A DNA stretch of 64,000 nt from Phoronis australis. Its lineage: Eukaryota > Animalia > Phoronida. This document shows, piece by piece, positions 53,721 to 64,000 of the stretch (its first letter is position 1; the number at the start of each line of letters is the position of its first letter). The DNA lies in assembly GCA_002633005.1 (NCBI GenBank), contig NMRA01000001.1:3579695-3643694 (forward strand), in the 5' to 3' direction. Below the pieces are notes generated by a model. That model saw only the letters and a list, made by a program, of their open reading frames with translations. It ran no database searches and was not told where the DNA came from. A program made the position numbers and the translations under genes.

Positions 53721-55435
53721 CAAAATACCTGGTCCAGCTCTGGAACGTTTGTTTCAGGAACTTTGACGGTCTCTAGTTTTCCCTTTCCAGAATTGACCTA
53801 TCGCCAGAAGTTTGAATGACGGCTTAACTGACCAAGCACAACGCAGCATTCTTGACACACCACCGTTTCCAAGTCGCCATTTTCCCGACAAACAACTCGT
53901 TGCCGGGTAAAATGTATTGTTTGTTTGTTGACATTTCTCATGGGGGCTAAGCTTGCGATAGGTCAATTATAGGACGCTGTGTCGTAACCTGACATTGTCT
54001 GAGTTCTGAGAAGTTGGTTGCACTTTCTGCAGCCTAATTATTATTATTTATTTGTTATAGTGACATAAGGGTGCCAGTAAATACAGCCTCAAAGACAGAA
54101 TATTCACCACACCCCCCAGCCTCAATGGGCTTACTCAGTCACCCAATAACCTAACAATTAAACCATGACATAACATATTGCACACACTCAAATATGACCT
54201 TTTCAGACTAGTTAGCCTAATTCCTGAATTGTTTCATTTATGTCTGAGAATCTTGGTTTCAACTGGAATCAGTTATGTTCAATAAATCAAGAGCACGAAG
54301 ACGTCGGTGTCATCATTGAGACTTCTGGTTTCAACATGTAGCTGCAAAGTGTACTGTGGGTCCTTTTGACCAACTTGGTGCTATGTGAAAGAGGGTAGCT
54401 GCATGTAGAGCCTTGATTTTGTTTTGAGTGATTTATCAGCAATGCAAAGAAGAAGTGCCAAGGGTTACCAGAACTTCCTGCCGCACGACAAACAGGCAAC
54501 TGACGTCTCGACGTCGTGGATGACCTTCCCCTTGACAGGGAAACGGCTCTCCAACAACTCCATTGTCTTGACTTTTTCTTCATCGCCTTGTCACATTCAG
54601 TGCTTAGCAAAGCGGAGCACTGACTTCTCTGCTCACTCGGGATGACCTGTTCGTTATAAATATTCATATTGCAGACGTTCTAGCTGCTGATCAATGAGGC
54701 AATGTCTGTACTTCTTTAGCCCCTCTGCGATCTTTCTCCAGTTGTCCTCGACCAATTGCCTTCTTCCCTCTCCTTCCCCACTGCGCTTAGCCGTTTCCGC
54801 ATCTCACTATTTGGCTCCTCCTCTTCACCACAATCCTTCTGAGGTGTTAATAATTCCACATCAAACACCTTCGTTAGGGTGTCAATACAACCCAGGACAC
54901 TTGTGAGCAAAGATTGTGAAACACTTGAAGTGCTCAGTGAAGAAAATAAAATGTGAAGTAGAGGAAAAGATAAATACCAGAAGGACGTTAGCTTTGACAT
55001 TTGATCTCTGATGTGACCTTTAGTGGATCACGCATCAATAAAATAACCTCAGAAATGGACTCCGTATCTAAAAAAATGATGTGAATGATGTATAACATGA
55101 CCTTGTAAGTCAGTGAGTTGAAGATATGACAATGGGTCACAACTGAAAATGGCGGCATCAGTCACATTGAATTGTAAAAAAGGATTTAGTGCAATCAAAC
55201 TAATATTGTTCACCTGGTCATATTTAACATTCTTCGACAAAAAAAATAGTTACCAACATACCGGAATTCACTATTGGGTCGGCAACTAGACTCATGGGGG
55301 CAGCGCTTGCATTCACAGATACTTCATAACACCTTCAGTAATATCTACACGTAAATATTAAAAATCTCTGATTTTGGTCATTTGATAAAACGCTTATTTT
55401 CTACGTTTTATGATATCCACTGTTTAACTAAATAC

Positions 55436-55589
55436 CGTGATCTGTTCGCAGAACAGTATACATCCTAATGCCATCCTGCGTTAGTCCGCCGCATGTCTGA
55501 GAAGGGTTTCCAAAACATTCAACATCACAGGCCCAGTGCTCGTCAACTGCGCTTGAATGGTACTGGTTACCGCAATAACATGATTTTCT
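55436..55589 (-). CDS. Mosaic gene: WSC domain, second half (not in the ORF track)
   Basis: gttccag|..G|gtattt, phase 0-1; RKSCYCGNQYHSSAVDEHWACDVECFGNPSQTCGG..RMYTV fits WSC CxCG...C...C.G....CGG. Confidence 0.9.
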
Positions 55590-56439
55590 CTGGAACGAGA
55601 CACCCATTCAATCATCATTTGTTTCCCAATAACAAAATGATTTTGAAACACTACTAACAAATAATGTTTGCATCCCTGAGGAATGCGTTTGTTAAGACAA
55701 AGTCTATAGTTCTAAGGTCCTGGTTCAAAGTGCCTTCAACTCACAGCGAACGACAAGTAGTCCGGTCATTCCATACAAGCACCGACCTGTGGCCCTGGGT
55801 GGATGCCAAGAGTAGTTTGGCCTCTGATATCTTTTCAGCTCCAGTCGCAGAACCACTTTCGACAAACTTTCATACCACATGCCAGAAGTTTTTCAACATG
55901 ACATTTTGCGTGTTGAAATCAAGTTACAGTATTTTACAGAAAGGAGCTACATTTGGCCTAAATGAAAAGTATAGGCCTAAAATCAAGTGTGTTTACGCAA
56001 CTTTCGAAAAAATTAATTGGCTATCTACGCGAGCGCGTGTGTGTGTGCGTGCACAGGTGTCGTTTTGTGTTTGAGAAGCAGGCCTACTGTTATCTGTAGT
56101 ATTTACACATATCCATGAAATAAAATTTTAAAAGATAAAAAGTTTACCTTGTAAAAGAACCCAATCCGCCACCCGCCCACATCACGTAAATGTCCCGCTG
56201 CTTGACACATGGCCAAATTGACATATCATATGCTATTGTAATTTCCCACCCGACACAGCTATATTCTCTCGCTCGAATAAAAAGAAAAACGGGACGTTTA
56301 ATGGGTTTTTGCGGCACCCGTAATTTCGCATTCAAATATAAAAAGCCTGAAGTCCTGCTCTTCAACCCATTTGTTAAGTTTTTTCGTTTTTGAACATTGG
56401 GCATGACAACTATGCAACAGGTGTTCAGAATAACTCTAC

Positions 56440-57010
56440 GAATATTGTTATTTTTCGGAGTCCACTTTCTTTGGCCGTAACATAACATTCCCTAAATATG
56501 CTCCAATTTCTCTTGTACAGTAGCATACGCTACATGTATCAGGATCACTAATTTTTATTTTCTGAAGAAAAGAGTTCGTTTTTATACTTTTATGGAAAGT
56601 CCTACACTGCAACCAACGTGGTGAGCTATCTACACTGCATTTCAAAGCTACGTGGAAGATGTTTGCTCATTTTTCCAAAAAAAACCTTGATCTGCAAATT
56701 TCGGATATATACTTGGAGCAGTTCATCGCATTTTTCGTAAAAGTCACTGCATTCCGAATTTTTAATGAAGCATGTAATTTCCCTAACAGCTTAACTAGTC
56801 ATTTCCTTTTGATGTCACTATTGCATACTGTTGTGTTTTGCAATTTGATAACACTCTTGGATTTTAGAATTAAAAATATTTTAAACCACTCAGGTATGCT
56901 ACCAACAATCACCAAGCCAATTCAGTCAGTATTATCTGTAAAGAACATATATAGGCATTTTTGTACATTAAAGAGTCATTGTCCATTCAGGACCATTATA
57001 CTACCAATTC
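56440..57010 (-). mobile_element. Decayed L1/Tx1-type LINE, zf-RVT region
   Basis: PRWLQCRTFHKSIKTNSFLQKIKISDPDTCSVC matches the RWFQYRILHRIL.TN..L.K.KI....C..C motif; multiple stops. Confidence 0.7.
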
Positions 57011-57693
57011 GCTGAAAAACATGCAAAGCTCAGTGACCCTGCAGCTATGGTGGTGACCTACTTACTATTCTCTGTATCTCTTGCTACTCTCATTTCACTA
57101 CATGGATGTAACCTGACTGGTATGTCGACACTTGATGTCTTATTGCATACAATATGCTGATGATGTCTAATGAATAGACCAAATGAAGAATGAACATGAA
57201 CGTTTTTATTTGTGCGGCGATTGTCCGTTTTTAATCTTACTATGGCCAAAAACTGATGTAATTAATAAGAGATAAGTGTGTGAATTGCTGAAATGCGCAA
57301 ATTAAATATTAATTATTGTAAAAAATCAATCAGACCAAATGGCCACTCAGAAATTGAATTAACGAGAAGGGGGCATCGAAAAGTGGGAGCATAGGGACAG
57401 GGGGACAAATTATTGTACACGAACTAAAACCACAAAAAGTGCAAAAATTCATTGTGGGAAAGCTTTAGGTCTTAAGCTGATTAAACATTTAGCTGTCGGA
57501 CCAGCGTCAAATGTTAACAGAGTCCAATCCAATGAGAAGCCACACTACAGCCGGGCCACAATGGTCCCAACAGCCGAACGAAGGTTCGTACTTGCCACTC
57601 GTTTGACATTTGTGATACAAAACGTGACTTCGAAACCTGGCGTGTATGGGTTAAAGCAACGTTGTTACCTAACAGGTTTCAAGCACATCGTAC

Positions 57694-57851
57694 CTTTACA
57701 AACGCCAATTTGTATCCAGCATGACGGCAGAAGGTGGCGCAGTTTTCACGGGTGATGAGTTCTGTCCTGCCTGGGTAGTCAGCAGACTCGTATTTGGTTG
57801 AGTATGCTAACGTCTTGTTCACTAAGAACGATTCTTGGAGACACCCAACGT
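57694..57851 (-). CDS. Mosaic gene: WSC domain, first half
   Basis: Splicing from 60072 (T) + AC creates the canonical YVGC; ...ITRENCATFCRHAGYKLAFVK|gtacga, phase 0. Confidence 0.85.
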
Positions 57852-58625
57852 CTTCATGGACACCAAGAAAAATAGAGCAGTAATGAATGTAACTGAAGGC
57901 ATATGTGTTACTTAACAATTTTATTTCTACCTCTGGGCATGAGTCTGTCAGACCACAGCAAAAACATTTAGTAAATGGGCAGACAAAATTGGTCTATTTC
58001 TATCACAGACTGCAGGGGCGTTTTCTTTCTCATGCATGCAAATCCTCTTTCAATACTATTTTTCAATGAAGGCATCATACAACATGGCCTCTCATTGATT
58101 GGTTGGAAACTAACGTTCAGACTAGAAAGGGTGGCAGAAGATGGCGTAAGTTGCTATTGGTTATTGTTTTCACCACCCGTTCAAAAATGAACTTGAGTGT
58201 CATGAATGCTTATTTTAGGTCGACAATGCATGAGCCAAGTCTCGATAGCACATAGCGGGTAAAGTCTCAGTGTTTTAGAACTCACAAAAGAAAGCACACA
58301 CAGAGAATTAGGCTTATTTACTTCCGTTTTTGACATCAATTTGGGGTGCCAGTTCAGGTTGAGCGGCTATGAAAATGAGATGGGTTGTCACGTTTTCTCC
58401 CGTGTGTGGGTGAGCGCAGGTTCTTACAGACCGCTGCTAATAGCTTTCGGTGCGACGATTGACTGAAGACTGGTTCGAGTTAATCCTTTTTTTTAGTCCA
58501 GACCGTACGTTCACACAAAACGCTAACAAATCGTCGTGAGAGACCGTGCGGAGTTGGTACATGGTGCAACTCCGGACGGTCTGAGGTAAACAGAAAACCA
58601 CAGTTAAACTGTGAGTCAACACCAA

Positions 58626-59310
58626 TGTGACAAACGAGAGTAGATCTACTTGCTACGTCAGCTGCAGGTATGCTTATCTCTTTTATGACACCCAATGTGT
58701 GATTGGGCGAAGTGTTTTCAAAATAATGTGGATAAATCAGCGGAGTGTGGGAGCCCTGAGGTCCCAGTCAAGTCCTCACGACAATTCTACGTTATGCAAG
58801 CCTACTCAAACAAAACGTCCAACGTAATCTCTGTTTATGCTCCAGCCAGTGCTGATGAACTTCTGAGACACTGAACAACTGTTACACTCGTCGATTCAAT
58901 AACCTGCTGTCTCTATAGCTGGCTCTCTATTGACTATCGCTGTAACTACTGATTCTCTTCACTTCAACTCAACTGTAGTTCTCCTGATTAACTTTCTTGA
59001 ACTCCCTCACAAACCAGCGCTTGTGTATTTATAGCCTAAAGCATTGTTCTAGAACTTTTCATCAATTCAAGCACGTGCCAGAACTTTCTGGAATCTACCC
59101 AATCATTCTACAAACATGTACTAGTCAGGTCTCTAGAATATTCCTGACTGCATTAGTCACTGTCATGCTAGAGTGTTCTAGAAAGTTCCACACTATACTG
59201 CAGTAAACAAATTACATCATCACTACTGAACTCAGTCTACTAGAAAGTTCCATACTATCCTGTAGTAAACAAATTACATCATCACTGTACTTAACTCAGG
59301 GATCATGTCA
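58626..59310 (-). mobile_element. Solo LTR with heat-shock-element cluster
   Basis: TG...CA ends, flanks accaa/atcaa (4/5), minus-strand ctataaata TATA box at ~59026-59034, internal ~47-bp duplication, repeated ttctagaa motifs. Confidence 0.65.
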
Positions 59311-60071
59311 ATCAAACAGGATAACAAAACAAAACAATACAACTAAAAAAAGTGTCAGTCTATATTCTGACATGGGAGACCATTGGATTTGTTTTGTTGA
59401 GATGTTTGTCTAGTTTTGCTCTGCACCGTGTAAATTCTGACACGGTTTGAAACAATCCTCAAACCCATAGATCCCGGGAAGCAACCAAAAACTTCAACTT
59501 CCACAAGCATTCCGAGCAATGATCCAAATTACAATTTGGCTGATTTACACTCCATGCTGCACAAACACCAAAGGTGTGTCAGTTGGAAAACTCTTGGTGC
59601 TAAACAGGAAAATGGGGCATACTATAAATATGGGTTATCGTTTTTCAGACGAGATATAAATCTGGGCCACGCTTTTAAGACTTAAAAGTCTTCATTCAGT
59701 AGTTATAAACATAGGGCAGTTCTTGGTTTTAACATGGTTTCGTGTTTTCGTGTTTTCGTTTTGCCCGGTATGATTATATGCCCCCGCATTTGGAAGCCCA
59801 GAGATACTCTTTATTTTTGGTGAGTGCTCCCCGAGGAGAGTACTTAGAAAAAAAAAAGAATTTCAATGATAATGATGTCGATGACCACTTCATAACCTCC
59901 TACCACATCAAAGAATAGCGACAATTATCATTAAGCGATGATGGTCCATAACGCTGCTGATGATGTAGGCTAAACTCTTTCGAGTGAAGTACCAATAAAG
60001 CCGACGATTCGTCACTTTTATTGATAAAACAAGGTGTCAGTAAAATCTTGCTACGTTTAGAATATACTTAC

Positions 60072-60542
60072 ATTGACAATGCACGTTCTCACTCCATGAG
60101 TTGCCATCGCTGCACAAAATGCGACTGATGTTGTGTTCATCACATGTTATATTGGCTTTCGCGAAGCTTTCATTGTCAGCGTAGCAGTCGACTAAACAGT
60201 TGCTGGCTATAGACAACCACGTGCCATTGTCATTGCACCAGGTCACTCTTGTCTGATTTTCAAATGTCTCGCTTAACAAGTGGCACGTGTTTAATAAAGC
60301 AGTGCCATACGTTGTTGCATTTTCCGGTAAACTGTTGGTGTTAATGTTCAATATGATAGGTGATCCGCAACTTAAAAGACAAGATGGCGGCTGTGGCCAC
60401 CATGAGCCGTTGCTTAAACATTGTAAAACAATATTACTCGATAGCACATATCGATGATGACAGAAGTAGTTGGCCTTAAACCCACATTCGCTTAGCTCAT
60501 ATTGACCATTTGAAATCAGAGGTGGCGATCCACACGTGGGTG
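60072..60542 (-). CDS. Mosaic gene: exon with two Sushi/CCP domains plus a short Cys module
   Basis: ttacag|..T|gtaagt, phase 1-1; CGSPPLISNG..ANYFCHHRYVL....LQCLSNGSWWPQPPSC and CGSP..TC..WCNDNGTWLSIASNC. Confidence 0.9.
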
Positions 60543-61312
60543 CTGTAACAAAATATGACGAAGACAATCAGACGACAACGTGGGTAAATCGAAAACAAAT
60601 TTGGTATATTGATCAATAAAATTGACAAAGTGAGCAAATTGAAGATTTAATTCTTATTTAGGCATGTACAATGATGAAGTAGGCCTATCAAGTGACTTTG
60701 CGGTGGTAACGATAACTTGAACAGAATCAGTCAGTAGACGAGGCCTTTCGTGGTCACCAAAGTACCAAAACTCATGCTGTTGATGTATTATGAACATGAA
60801 TCGACCAAAGCTTCATTAGGAGTAACCATTATTTTAGTACACGACTTGACAAAAGTTAATTACAGCACGCGTCACTACGCCGGGTACATTGGACCGCAGT
60901 CGTGAGTTGGCTCAAGAAGATTCCAAAGAAATGAGAACTTGAGGACACAGTTTGCTACAAGGTGAGAAAATTTCAACACTTGAACTAACGGTTTTGGTCT
61001 ATAAAAATCAAAATTATAAGTGCCATGCTCTGTTTGCTATTTTTGAACCTTTGTTTTTAACATGTTTGATTGGAAGAGAGGCAAAATTTAACTACTCAGT
61101 TCTCACAACAAAGATTGGATTTATTTCCACAAAGAAGTTTAGGTCGTTGACATTTGATTGCCGATGTTTCTAACTTTTCTGGGATTTTTCTTAAGTAATG
61201 TAAGGAGACCCGGACTTGTGTGTACCTGGATCAAATATCGTGATCAGTTTCGATCAATAACTAGCCTTTAATCGCTAAACTAGAAATGTTGATAACTAGC
61301 GGGAAGAAATAC

Positions 61313-61483
61313 CTTTACACAATGGTGCTCTTGTCCAGGTCTGATTTGGTAAGCAAGTAACAATGCGGTTCCCATCAATGCAATAATTTGGCTGGCATGA
61401 ATAATTTGCTGTACTGCCAAATCGCGTCGCTGTGTATTTCCTGGTTCCACTGGACACAACCGGTGGCGGTGCACAAGCAAAAA
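61313..61483 (-). CDS. Mosaic gene: Sushi/CCP exon
   Basis: ttttcag|..G|gtattt, phase 1-1; CAPPPVVSSG....FGSTANYSCQPNY.IDGNRIVTCLPNQTWTRAPLCK. Confidence 0.92.
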
Positions 61484-61805
61484 CTGAAAACAGTTGTGAA
61501 TGATGACTGTAACCACACACGTATACTGGCTAAGATGAATTTCATTTCAATAAATCTCAAAGGGGTACTCGATTGTATTTTTGGAAGAGGGGGCAGCTGC
61601 TAACTTAGGAATCCATCTAATCACAGCGAGTACTCGTAACGGGGACCTGAATATGCGATCTTCGGAGTAACTGGGAGAGCACGAAAGTGACTTACCGATT
61701 GATCCCGACTCAGATTTGGTGGTTCATTAATTGAAAAACCGAGGAATTAATTGCACCGTCAGCCAATCATGCCATTATAACTTTGATTAATTTAAATTTA
61801 CTAAT

Positions 61806-61996
61806 TTATCTTGGCTTTTTGACACCGGCTGGGATGGAAATTCTCCTGCTTTATAGGCCGCATCCACTGGCTCCTTCGCGGATTCGTCTTCGCAATGGGA
61901 AATGTATGGAACATGATGCCCCTTGTTCATCTATTGGTATTTTACAAGGTCATAATTGCCTTTTTTCGTGCATCCCATCGGACAGAAGTCAGACAT
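61806..61996 (-). pseudogene. THAP zinc-finger relic
   Basis: MSDFCPMGCTKK / frameshift / GIMFHTFPIAKTNPRRSQWMRPIKQENFHPS matches THAP FH.FP...RR.QW...I.R.N..P. Confidence 0.65.
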
Positions 61997-62112
61997 TTTC
62001 TGGCATTATGGTAGCAGGAAAGGTGATAACACGCTGTTGATTGAAACCTCTCTTCCCATTACATTGGATCTGTAAGTGGCGCTGAACGCCGGTCCACCAA
62101 AGACCTGGCTAG

Positions 62113-62252
62113 AGTTCAATAACTCTAGGACCTCGCTAGGACCTCACACACAAGAAAAGCAAGACTTCATGAGATCAGGCGATGTATTGCCATGGGGTAT
62201 TCCAAATGAGAGCACGTGATTTTGGCCAGATTTCTTCTAGCCGCGAGACAGC
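62113..62252 (+). mobile_element. MITE fragment (family of 1896 and 17461)
   Basis: Direct sequence similarity. Confidence 0.7.
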
Positions 62253-63670
62253 TGCTAAACTCTACACTGATCGCGGCCTGGTGGGATAGTAAATTTCAGC
62301 TTGGCGCGGCTATCTCTATTACAGGGAGCTTTCATAAGTGAGTCACCCATTGGTATGGTTTTGCTTCAGAGACGTCACTTTTTGTAGGGGACAATTCCGT
62401 ACTAAGTTCTTTCTTCATCTTGTGGATTTTGGACGGCTAAATTTTTAACCCATTAAGATTTAAACAAAATAAGAAGAGATATCAAGCTGTCAAAATGGTT
62501 TCATCTTTTACAACCAAAAATTTAAATACCAATGACCAATATTAAACATCCTTAAGTAGAATTGCGTAACAGAGAATGAAATCGGAAATGCACACTTTTG
62601 AAGGACATATTAGAAAAGGCACCTCTTCTTTTCATGAAGATGCTCTAATGCCTATACTGTGACTTTCGTAAGCGAAGTCCTACTCTAATAATCGAAGCGT
62701 GTAGACAGGGATTTATGAGACTATTCATTCTCGGCCAGTTCCAAATATTTGACTTTTGTCGGTTTTAGGAGGTATGAGCATCAGCTAGGTTTTTCAAGTT
62801 TAGGGGTGCATTCGCACAAATATTAAATTTGTTAATTCATGGTCTATAGACAAATTTAATTTACTTTGAAACAGCAGAGACATATGCATTTAAAAGCGAA
62901 ATGTTGGGTGGACGTCATTCTAAAAACGGACATTCGACTGTTCATATCTCTGTTGCTTAAAGGTAAATGTAAAGTACCGTGCACACTAAAAGCTACCCTA
63001 GAACAAGTCACTTCTGGAACAAGTTGTCACCAGGATTAGCGGTAGTCTGGACTCTATTTGCACCGGAATAACTTGACACACATGTGACAACTTACCCCAT
63101 CTTGTCGAGGTAGGGTAATGTGTACCAGAAAAAGGCGCAAACATGCAGGCAAGGAGGGACTAATTACCAGCTGTGCGCTTACTCGGTTACACATATAGGT
63201 GTGGGTGTCAAATAATTTTGGGCCACAACTGTCGCACAGCGTTTTGTGTAGACGCTTCCCCCAGGGCAAGTTATTCTAGGACTCGTGCTGTGGATACAAC
63301 TAAACCATAAAATCAGAGTGCAAAGCAAGACTATTTAGTCCATTCAGGAAATTACCAGCAGCCTAGTTTTTAGAGATTCATAATCAAGGTAAAACTGATA
63401 GGTTTCACGCAAAACGACAGTCACGTGACGATACCTGTGAAGATTGCGTAAAGTATCCATGTGTGAATTCGTACTTTTTTCAGGCACTACGGAGGATTAG
63501 AAAGCATATACTTCTATGTGAACGTTGAAAAATTGACGAAACGCGAAATAACTTCGCGAAGGTTAAATGTAGAGACGTCCATCGTGCGCTCTTTTCTTCG
63601 TTTGACAAACTGGGGGCAATTTTGACACACGATGCTTATATCATTCAAGATTTCACAACCAAATATTTAC

Positions 63671-63903
63671 CGGATTGCTTTTTACACAGCGTCATATAAT
63701 CCCTGTTGATAGGACGATCGCCATAGTCCAAATCACCTTTTTCATACTCTACAATGAGTGCTTCACCATCTTCAGGAACTACTTCCATCATTTTAGCTAA
63801 CCAGTCCGACTTTCCGCTGGTAAAATTAGGACCCCAAGGCTGAATACGAGCCAAGCCGAGCCAGAATTTCTTCGAGCACATGGACACAGACTCAGAACAA
63901 TCC
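63671..63903 (-). CDS. Mosaic gene: C-type-lectin-like C-terminal half (upstream exons not found in the window)
   Basis: atttcag|..G|gtaaat, phase 2-1; FWLGL motif and terminal YMTLCKK resemble a CTLD; joins 61483 in frame. Confidence 0.65.
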
Positions 63904-64000
63904 CTGAAATTGAATCAGCTTTATTAAGTGGCAAAGGTGTTGATTTTCTTTTGATTTCTACTTCGAAAGGAAAACTAAGTGGGCCTTTATCATTGGTAAT

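Noticed and set aside
57066-57166. Possible exon HHQHIVCNK...DTEN with a strong gtaagt donor
   Set aside because: Phase-incompatible with the WSC exons, which join directly

Overview
AT-rich, intron-containing animal genomic DNA, probably a marine invertebrate; clustered CTCF-like motifs weakly suggest a bilaterian. It has one 196-N gap and two single-N junctions. Three spliced genes can be built by hand with phase-consistent GT-AG junctions. (1) A complete 3-coding-exon CNRIP1/CRIP1-like gene on the minus strand (27374->19447, 228 aa); its last exon is missing from the ORF track. (2) A 2-exon CHST8-14/HNK-1ST-type carbohydrate sulfotransferase on the plus strand (43709->46460, ~327 aa). (3) A partial minus-strand extracellular mosaic gene (C-type-lectin-like, Sushi/CCP x3, WSC, Sushi; exons 63903->52038), with neither end located. 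The rest is mostly decayed or non-autonomous mobile DNA: a CATAG-ended TIR element, two TTAA-flanked Kolobok-like elements, THAP relics, LINE relics, a full-length tRNA-SINE with a 13-bp TSD, MITEs, a Helentron/HINE-like array and a solo LTR. I found no prokaryotic system or CRISPR and cannot claim a proven new biological system. The best leads are the CTCF-motif array, the heat-shock-element solo LTR inside the lectin gene, a 99-nt miRNA-like hairpin, the CRIP1 N-terminal extension with twin RxRxxS motifs, and a CArG/DR1/CRE cluster. Family names come from motif recall, not database searches.
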